Below, in pieces: positions 26,622 through 32,000 of a stretch of DNA of 32,000 nucleotides; position 1 is the stretch's first letter; every line of letters starts with the position of its first letter. The stretch comes from Methanoregula sp. GTDB lineage: Archaea; Halobacteriota; Methanomicrobia; Methanomicrobiales; Methanospirillaceae. The notes under the pieces were generated by a model. That model was not told where the DNA came from and did not search any database. It saw only the letters and a program-made list of their open reading frames with translations. The position numbers were made by a program, and so were the translations under genes. The DNA lies in contig NZ_JBEKLH010000001.1 in the NCBI RefSeq assembly GCF_050010295.1, positions 443,358 through 475,357 of the forward strand. The letters run 5' to 3'.

Positions 26622-27746
26622 TTACGGTATGATCTCGCATCCGTTGAATTTCTCATGCTCGAAATCCTTCAGGGTGATAATATCCCTGCTGATGAGTGCC
26701 TGAACCCGCGGGAGTTCTGCCTGGAGCGAATCGTGAAGGTTATCGACAGCAGCACAGACCAACCGCCTCTCAGCCTCCCCCCATGGCCGGGTGATATTGG
26801 AGTACAGGCACCTGCCGCCGCAGAAGTCGCGGATCCTGCAGTCCGTGCACTCCCCGCTGACAAGAATGCGGGCAAGCTCCAGCGGATGCGAACAGGAGAT
26901 ATGCCCGACATAATACTGGGGCATCCCGATCATGACCGGGCAGGGGCCGATGCTCCCATCGGTCATGATACTGTAGTTGGCATACCCGGACCCGCACCTG
27001 AGCAGGCTGGTCTTTCCGAGAAGCAGGTCTTCCAGGGGATCCAGGAACGGGTACCAACGCAGAACTTCACCTGAGTTCTCCATATGATCTACCCAGGAAC
27101 AGACGAGCGTACGTATCCCGGGATTATAGCTCCCGTTCGCCCACTCTTGAAACTGGCGCAGGGAAAAATCCCCGGCAAAATTGGCATCGATCTGCCAGTG
27201 GATGGAAGAGAAAGAATAATCGGGGTTGGATGCAAGATACCGGACCGCATCCACGATATCGGTCGTTTCCGTGACGGTCATCCGGGCAATCAGTTCACCT
27301 GCATAGCCGTTCGCACGGATCTTCCGGATATTCCTCATGACCCGGTCATATACGCCCATCCCTCGGTTTGCATCGGTGAGCTCTTTTCTCCCGTCAAGGG
27401 AGACGAGAATTGTGGTGAACCGGTTCAGTATTTCCGCTGGGAGCCGGTCCAGCAGGAGACCGTTGGTCTGCACCATGAACCGCTGCACGGGGGACTCCCG
27501 CACAATCCGTTCGATAAGGTCAGCCCGTAACAGGGGTTCACCCCCATAGAACGTAAGCGTCGCCGAAGGATCTTTTTTTAAGAATTCATACAAATGATTC
27601 AGGTCGAACTCCAGTTCCAGAGGGAGACCCTCGTCGATAGTCAGATCACGCCCGCCCCCGCTCTCCTCCAGATCCTCAAAGGCCTTGGCCCTGCAGTACC
27701 TGCAGCAGAGGTTGCAGTGATCCGTGAGGATGAGATGGAAGTACAT
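26622..27746 (-). CDS. radical SAM / SPASM-type protein, putative peptide-modifying enzyme (resembles the archaeal AF1577/Mhun_1560 types)
   Basis: LILTDHCNLCCRYC (CxxxCxxC), LTFYGGEPLLR, C-terminal CGSGYANYSIMTDGSIGPCPVMIG ... CTDCRIRDFCGGRC. Confidence 0.85.
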   Translation of the reverse strand: MYFHLILTDHCNLCCRYCRAKAFEDLEESGGGRDLTIDEGLPLELEFDLNHLYEFLKKDPSATLTFYGGEPLLRADLIERIVRESPVQRFMVQTNGLLLDRLPAEILNRFTTILVSLDGRKELTDANRGMGVYDRVMRNIRKIRANGYAGELIARMTVTETTDIVDAVRYLASNPDYSFSSIHWQIDANFAGDFSLRQFQEWANGSYNPGIRTLVCSWVDHMENSGEVLRWYPFLDPLEDLLLGKTSLLRCGSGYANYSIMTDGSIGPCPVMIGMPQYYVGHISCSHPLELARILVSGECTDCRIRDFCGGRCLYSNITRPWGEAERRLVCAAVDNLHDSLQAELPRVQALISRDIITLKDFEHEKFNGCEIIP

Positions 27747-28299
27747 GAAAATGCCTGTACTACTGGTGCCTGCCAGACGATAAATTTAGGGCACCTGCAG
27801 GGGGAGGGATCGAGCCCTCTCATTAATAAGCATGGCCCTCATTATTTATGAGGATCCCCGGATGGCGCCACCTGATCCATCACCGCCATTTACCTGGAAT
27901 ACAGCCGACTATCACACCAGCTCATCCGCCCGGAGGTTACTGCAATGCCGCTCACTATCAGTCGTACCGTCCCTAAACGAATTATGCCGGTCATGAACCT
28001 CGGTTAGCGTGCCGCACCCTTCCAGTCACCGTCGCTAAAACCCCCGCGTGGGCTGCGCTTTCATTTCCGGTGCGCATAACTGCGCCGGCAGGCATTCCGC
28101 CATTAAAACCCCCGAATTTTGCCAAACCGGGCAATCTAAAAAGGTTTTTAATCGGCGTGAATAGTGAGTCACAATGCCAAAAATACCCCCAGAATTATGG
28201 TAAAATTGCGGACTTCGACGGGCTTCCGACGGAAACCTTTTATATTATCAGACGTCAACTCTCATTATCAAAACCCAATAGTGGTTTTGAGGTGTTTAA

Positions 28300-28515
28300 A
28301 TGGGAACCAAAATCGGAAAAGAAAAGATTCAGCGCGAAAAGGGATACCTCTACTTCATCGGCAAGGACGGGTATGTCTGGGCCGCCCCTATGAAGCACAA
28401 CAAGACCGGCAAGAAGAAGAAAGTCGGTACTGAGAAGATCGCCAAGGAAAAAGGCTTCATGTACTACATTGGCAAGGACGGATTCGTCGCAAAAGCCAAG
28501 ATGAAGAACGCATAA
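28300..28515 (+). CDS. 71-aa lysine-rich protein made of two ~29-aa repeats
   Basis: KIGKEKIQREKGYLYFIGKDGYVWAAPMK and KVGTEKIAKEKGFMYYIGKDGFVAKAKMK; TTTTATATTA promoter-like element ~65 nt upstream. Confidence 0.7.
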   Translation: MGTKIGKEKIQREKGYLYFIGKDGYVWAAPMKHNKTGKKKKVGTEKIAKEKGFMYYIGKDGFVAKAKMKNA

Positions 28516-28757
28516 TCTCACTTTTTCCTTTTGCACGCAGTCCGCCTGCCGCCCGGGTTCATCCAGTCGGCGGGACTGCTCAATAGTTTTCCGCTGACGC
28601 TAGAGTCTCTCTTGTGGTCAGGTATCGCTTGTGCCTGCTCCAGGCAGCTACCGGCAGCTGCATTCCGTATCCTAGTGGATTCCCATTCAGAAAGTTTGAA
28701 CTGATGAAGAGTGCAGAGGATTCTTTCAGAAGCGGGCGTTAGTCCCGGGAATTTCCG

Positions 28758-29453
28758 ATGTCATCGCTGGTGAATGCAAAATATTCTGAATGGACGCGCA
28801 GCCTTGATACCCGCAGGAGTATGATTGCCATTTTCGAGCATATCCGTGACATCCCGTACTCACTGGAGGTTCCCATGACCGATCCCGGCACAGCACCGGA
28901 GCAGATGCTCCGTCTCGGGAAAGGGTACTGCGGGCCCAAACACTTCCTGCTTGCGGAGATGTACAAAAAAATGGGCCTGAACGTCGTATTCGCCACGATA
29001 GCATTCGTCTGGAATGATCCAGATTTCCATTACCCGCCGGAGCTCAGGGCGCTTACCACCCGGCTCCCGGTTGCCCACCACCTCGCCTGCCGGGTACAGA
29101 TCGGGTGGCGCTGGGTGCTGGTGGATGCCACCTGGGACCCGCCCCTCAAAAAGGGAGGGTTCCCTGTCAACGAGAACTGGGACGGCTATTCGGAAACGCA
29201 GTGTGCTGTAAAACCGCTCAGGTCGGCGGTAAGGACGGCGTTTTGTCGCACGGCAACCAGCGAGGCATGCCGGACGAAGAACGAGGCTGAGCTCTGCCCG
29301 CTCGATGGAAAAAAAGATCACCGGGAGGCAGAGGATCATAGCCGGTATTACCGGGAGATTGTTACGAAGAGGAAGCCGGAGGATATCGAGCAGATCCACC
29401 GGTTTTACCAGGAGTTCGAGGTGTGGCTGGTAAAGATACGGGAACTGGAATAA
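28758..29453 (+). CDS. transglutaminase-like domain protein
   Basis: LRLGKGYCGPKHFLLAEMYKKMGLNVVFATIAF ... HHLACRVQIGWRWVLVDATWDPPLKKGGFPVNENWDG (Cys/His/Asp triad pattern). Confidence 0.75.
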   Translation: MSSLVNAKYSEWTRSLDTRRSMIAIFEHIRDIPYSLEVPMTDPGTAPEQMLRLGKGYCGPKHFLLAEMYKKMGLNVVFATIAFVWNDPDFHYPPELRALTTRLPVAHHLACRVQIGWRWVLVDATWDPPLKKGGFPVNENWDGYSETQCAVKPLRSAVRTAFCRTATSEACRTKNEAELCPLDGKKDHREAEDHSRYYREIVTKRKPEDIEQIHRFYQEFEVWLVKIRELE

Positions 29454-29487
29454 AAATAGTATCCGCTTGATTCACGGAGTGTTCTTG

Positions 29488-30367
29488 TTAATCGTCTGCC
29501 AGCAGGCTCTTCCGGTCCCGGACCCGGAGGTTTGCCGCAAAAGTGCGGGCGAGCAGGGGATTCACTGTCTGCGGGGGCAGGCCGATGACTGCGGCGGTTT
29601 TTCTGGTGCAGTTTCATAGGGTCAAGTGAGTTATCCCCGGCACTCGAAAGCACGGCCTCATGGATCGTCTGGAGATATTCAAGTGCCTGGTTCATCTGCC
29701 GGTACACCTCCTCACCTTTCCTCGGCTCGTCCCATGCTGAGAGAAGAATCTGGATGCCAGGAAGTCCCCGGAGCCGTCTTACTGACTGAACGGATGCGAG
29801 GGCATCGTCATACACCGGCAGGTCCCCGGTCACGGGTATCACGTCGCCGGAGAAGAGCGCTCCCTCGCTGTGAAGGAAGAGCGAGATGGATCCTGCAGAA
29901 TGGCCCGGTGTGTGGAACACCTGCATGTCGCACGTCCTGCAATCATCCGGCTCTATTGAGTCCCCGTCTACAAGTTCGTGATCGAGCTGCACAGATCCCC
30001 CGACCAGCGCAGAAAACCCCGGCACCGGACGCTCGCGGTTCTGGAGTTCTACGTCCTCGATCCATGCCCGCTCAGCTGGGTGTGCCCCGATGCGGCACCC
30101 GGTTGCCTGACGGATTGCCCGTGCCGCCCCGATATGGTCGGGGTGCGAGTGGGTCAGGATGATCAGCGCAATCTCCGAAGGGTCGCGGCCGGTGGAGAGG
30201 ATATAGTCAAAGATGGTATTTTCGCAACCCGCTACGCCGGTATCTATGAGCGTGACCGTCTCGCCATAGACGAGGTACGAGTACACGAACCGATCGAGAG
30301 CGATGCCGGGGGCGACGGGCACCCTGAATGGGAGCCTGAGCGCGTGGATAGCGGGGGTGACCTGCAT
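29488..30367 (-). CDS. metallo-beta-lactamase-fold hydrolase, C-terminal region apparently frameshifted near 29598-29602
   Basis: LIILTHSHPDHIGAARAIRQATG, FHTPGHSAGSISLFL, FSGD; uncorrected ORF ends 29405, but the C-terminal protein-like sequence continues in another frame to a TAA at 29488. Confidence 0.75.
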
Positions 30368-30408
30368 AAGATCTCCTTTGTGTGGGAATATGGGACGGGG
30401 CAGGGTAT

Positions 30409-30600
30409 ATGCTTGAGGTGGCGATCATCAGGGAAGCCCGGAAATACGAATCCTGCTGATGGCCATGGCCCTTACCGAGGCCTGCGAACTGATCCCCGAT
30501 CAGGTAGCACCGCCAAGCCCGGTGATCGTATCCGTCTCGTTCGATGAGTATAACCTCAATGCCGAGGTCTTGTATTACCGTCAGCCCCCTTCCCCCCATG
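30409..30600 (+). pseudogene. possible gene remnant, two protein-like segments in different frames
   Basis: MLEVAIIREARKYESC* in one frame followed directly by LLMAMALTEACELIPDQVAPPSPVIVSVSFDEYNLNAEVLYYRQ in the next. Confidence 0.3.
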
Positions 30601-30766
30601 CCCAAAAAAGTGGAGGGGGTTACCCCTTTCAGAAAAAATTATGGGTGGGGGTAGGAGTATTACCCCTCCGGGTACCGGGTTTTGCCGGGCCCAAAAGGGA
30701 GGGGCTGGCAACCTAAAAGAAGAATATCAAATGCGAACCAATCTTTGGTACGAGGAGAATCGCGGT

Positions 30767-31399
30767 ATGCCAGTAAAAGAACCGATAAGCAAGGTCAACC
30801 TTGAACGTCTCACCAACGGCATCTATGCCTTCACTATGACGCTCATGATCCGGAATATCCAGACCCCCCCGGCCGGCACGCTCGTCGACACCGCCTCCCT
30901 CTTCCGGTTCATCGATACCACGATCCTTACCGTCATAGACTTCATCGGGGCGTTCATTATCCTTGGCATGTTCTGGCTCTTTTACTTCCAGATGTTCCAC
31001 CGGATGAAAACCTTCGATTACCGGTTCCTCTACATCCACCTCTTCTCTCTCATGATCGTTGTCTTCGTCCCGTTCACCCAGTCCTTTACTTCGGAAAGCA
31101 CCAGTATCAAAGTCGCCGATATCCTGTTCCAATTCAACTATCTCGCCCTCAGCATCCTGCTCGTCTATGCATGGCACTATGCGAGCAAGACGAACCCGTC
31201 CCTTCTCGTCCCGGAACTGACCGGCCCCGAGGCTTCGTTCCTCATGAAAAAGTTCCTTGTCCCCCTCGGGGTTGCAGTCCTCGGGATTGTCATCCTCATG
31301 CTGGGATTCCCGTTCTTTGACATCCTCTATCTCTTCCCATTCGTCATCCTTGCGGTCTTCTTCCGGCATCCCCCGGGCATACCGGAAAAAGTTGTGTGA
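30767..31399 (+). CDS. TMEM175-like (DUF1211) membrane protein
   Basis: LERLTNGIYAFTMTLMIRNI followed by multiple TM segments, WHYASKTNPSLL; the ATG at 30731 is an alternative start. Confidence 0.8.
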   Translation: MPVKEPISKVNLERLTNGIYAFTMTLMIRNIQTPPAGTLVDTASLFRFIDTTILTVIDFIGAFIILGMFWLFYFQMFHRMKTFDYRFLYIHLFSLMIVVFVPFTQSFTSESTSIKVADILFQFNYLALSILLVYAWHYASKTNPSLLVPELTGPEASFLMKKFLVPLGVAVLGIVILMLGFPFFDILYLFPFVILAVFFRHPPGIPEKVV

Positions 31400-31585
31400 G
31401 TGGGAATCCCCCCCGGACCCTGTCCTGTATGGCAACTGCCGGAATTACACCACTATGCAATGAATTGTCATACTATTGAGAAATATGACATGAATATAGA
31501 TACCCCTTTATTTCCTGTGGAAACGTTCAGGAATAAAATGGTTGTCTTTGTACCCGGGACTATGGGAACGCGTACAAAACAGAGA

Positions 31586-31659
31586 TGGGCCCGTCGTGAT
31601 TCGAACACGAGATCTTCGCCGTGTGAAGGCGACGTCATAGCCAACTAGACCACGAGCCC
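31586..31659 (-). tRNA. tRNA-Val (anticodon CAC)
   Basis: Cloverleaf read by eye: acceptor GGGCTCG/CGGGCCC, anticodon stem-loop TCGCC-TTCACAC-GGCGA, T arm TCGTG-TTCGAAT-CACGA, discriminator A. Confidence 0.93.
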
Positions 31660-31662
31660 GCA

Positions 31663-31733
31663 TGCATCGACCGGGAATCGAACCCGGGCTATAGGCTTGG
31701 AAGGCCTAAGTCATGCCTCTAGACCATCGATGC
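31663..31733 (-). tRNA. tRNA-Gly (anticodon TCC)
   Basis: Acceptor GCATCGA/TCGATGC, anticodon stem-loop TAGGC-CTTCCAA-GCCTA, T arm CCGGG-TTCGATT-CCCGG, discriminator A. Confidence 0.93.
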
Positions 31734-31899
31734 ACTGTGCTCTACAATTTTGGCGGCGAGCTGTATTAATAATTGTCACCGGCACTCCTAGCCCTGCAGC
31801 AGTGTCCCTAGGAAGTCCCCCTGCCGTATCGGGTGTACCCGGACTCATATTCATCCGGGAGATAGGTACAATACCGGAAACCTCCTGCAAAGAAATGGA

Positions 31900-32000
31900 T
31901 TATTTGTGAGGAGCTGCCGGAGGCACCTGCCATTCCGGCACCGCTGCCGCAACGAACGCGATCAGAGGGCCGATGACCAGTCCCGCCCAGAATACAAGCC
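31900..32000 (-). CDS. C-terminus of a hydrophobic protein cut by the window edge
   Basis: Minus-strand reading LVFWAGLVIGPLIAFVAAAVPEWQVPPAAPHK* looks like a TM segment plus tail. Confidence 0.4.
   Translation of the reverse strand, partial: LVFWAGLVIGPLIAFVAAAVPEWQVPPAAPHK

Noticed and set aside
30207-30605. 132-aa minus ORF starting MGMGGRGLTVIQDLG
   Set aside because: Overlaps the MBL-fold gene start and the protein-like + strand remnant; content resembles antisense translation.
1-32000. Mobile element, prophage, toxin-antitoxin or defence island
   Set aside because: No transposase, integrase, phage structural, Cas or recognised toxin/antitoxin sequences. The tRNA pair at 31586-31733 shows no flanking integrase or attachment-site duplication within the window. 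The AbrB protein is paired with hgcA, not with a toxin.

Overview
The window is a GC-rich archaeal chromosomal segment. Its gene content looks like a methanogen of the Methanomicrobiales / Methanoregula type (inference). From left to right I support: a pyruvate:ferredoxin oxidoreductase operon (minus strand, porB-A-C-D); a TrkA-C protein plus cation/proton antiporter pair; a DUF2284 protein; a RibL-like nucleotidyltransferase and JAB/MPN protein; a parvulin; a DUF5518-like membrane protein; a dihydropteroate-synthase-like protein; a PHP-domain protein and truA; and malic enzyme. The standout locus is a minus-strand four-gene unit at 12666-14917: Cys-rich AbrB/SpoVT regulator, hgcA, hgcB, and an ArsC-type phosphatase. 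HgcA carries the diagnostic NVWCAAGK cap-helix motif and 5 predicted TM helices. HgcB carries CMECGAC and a polycysteine tail. This predicts mercury methylation, with regulator and ArsC-type genes packed by stop/start overlaps. Right of it are a YkgJ-like protein, a tandem-DUF333 lipoprotein, a complete seven-gene trp operon (E-G-D-C-F-B-A) with a palindromic TGTACA site at its AT-rich promoter, a CHASE4/HAMP/PAS protein without a kinase ATPase domain, small zinc-ribbon proteins, a peptide-modifying-type radical SAM/SPASM enzyme, a two-repeat lysine-rich small protein, a transglutaminase-like protein, a metallo-beta-lactamase-fold protein with an apparent frameshift, a TMEM175-like protein and tRNA-Val(CAC) / tRNA-Gly(TCC). 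No CRISPR array, transposon or prophage is visible. Coordinates come from the ORF track, with start codons trimmed by my reading of homology or Shine-Dalgarno context. Product names are from recognised motifs, not database searches.
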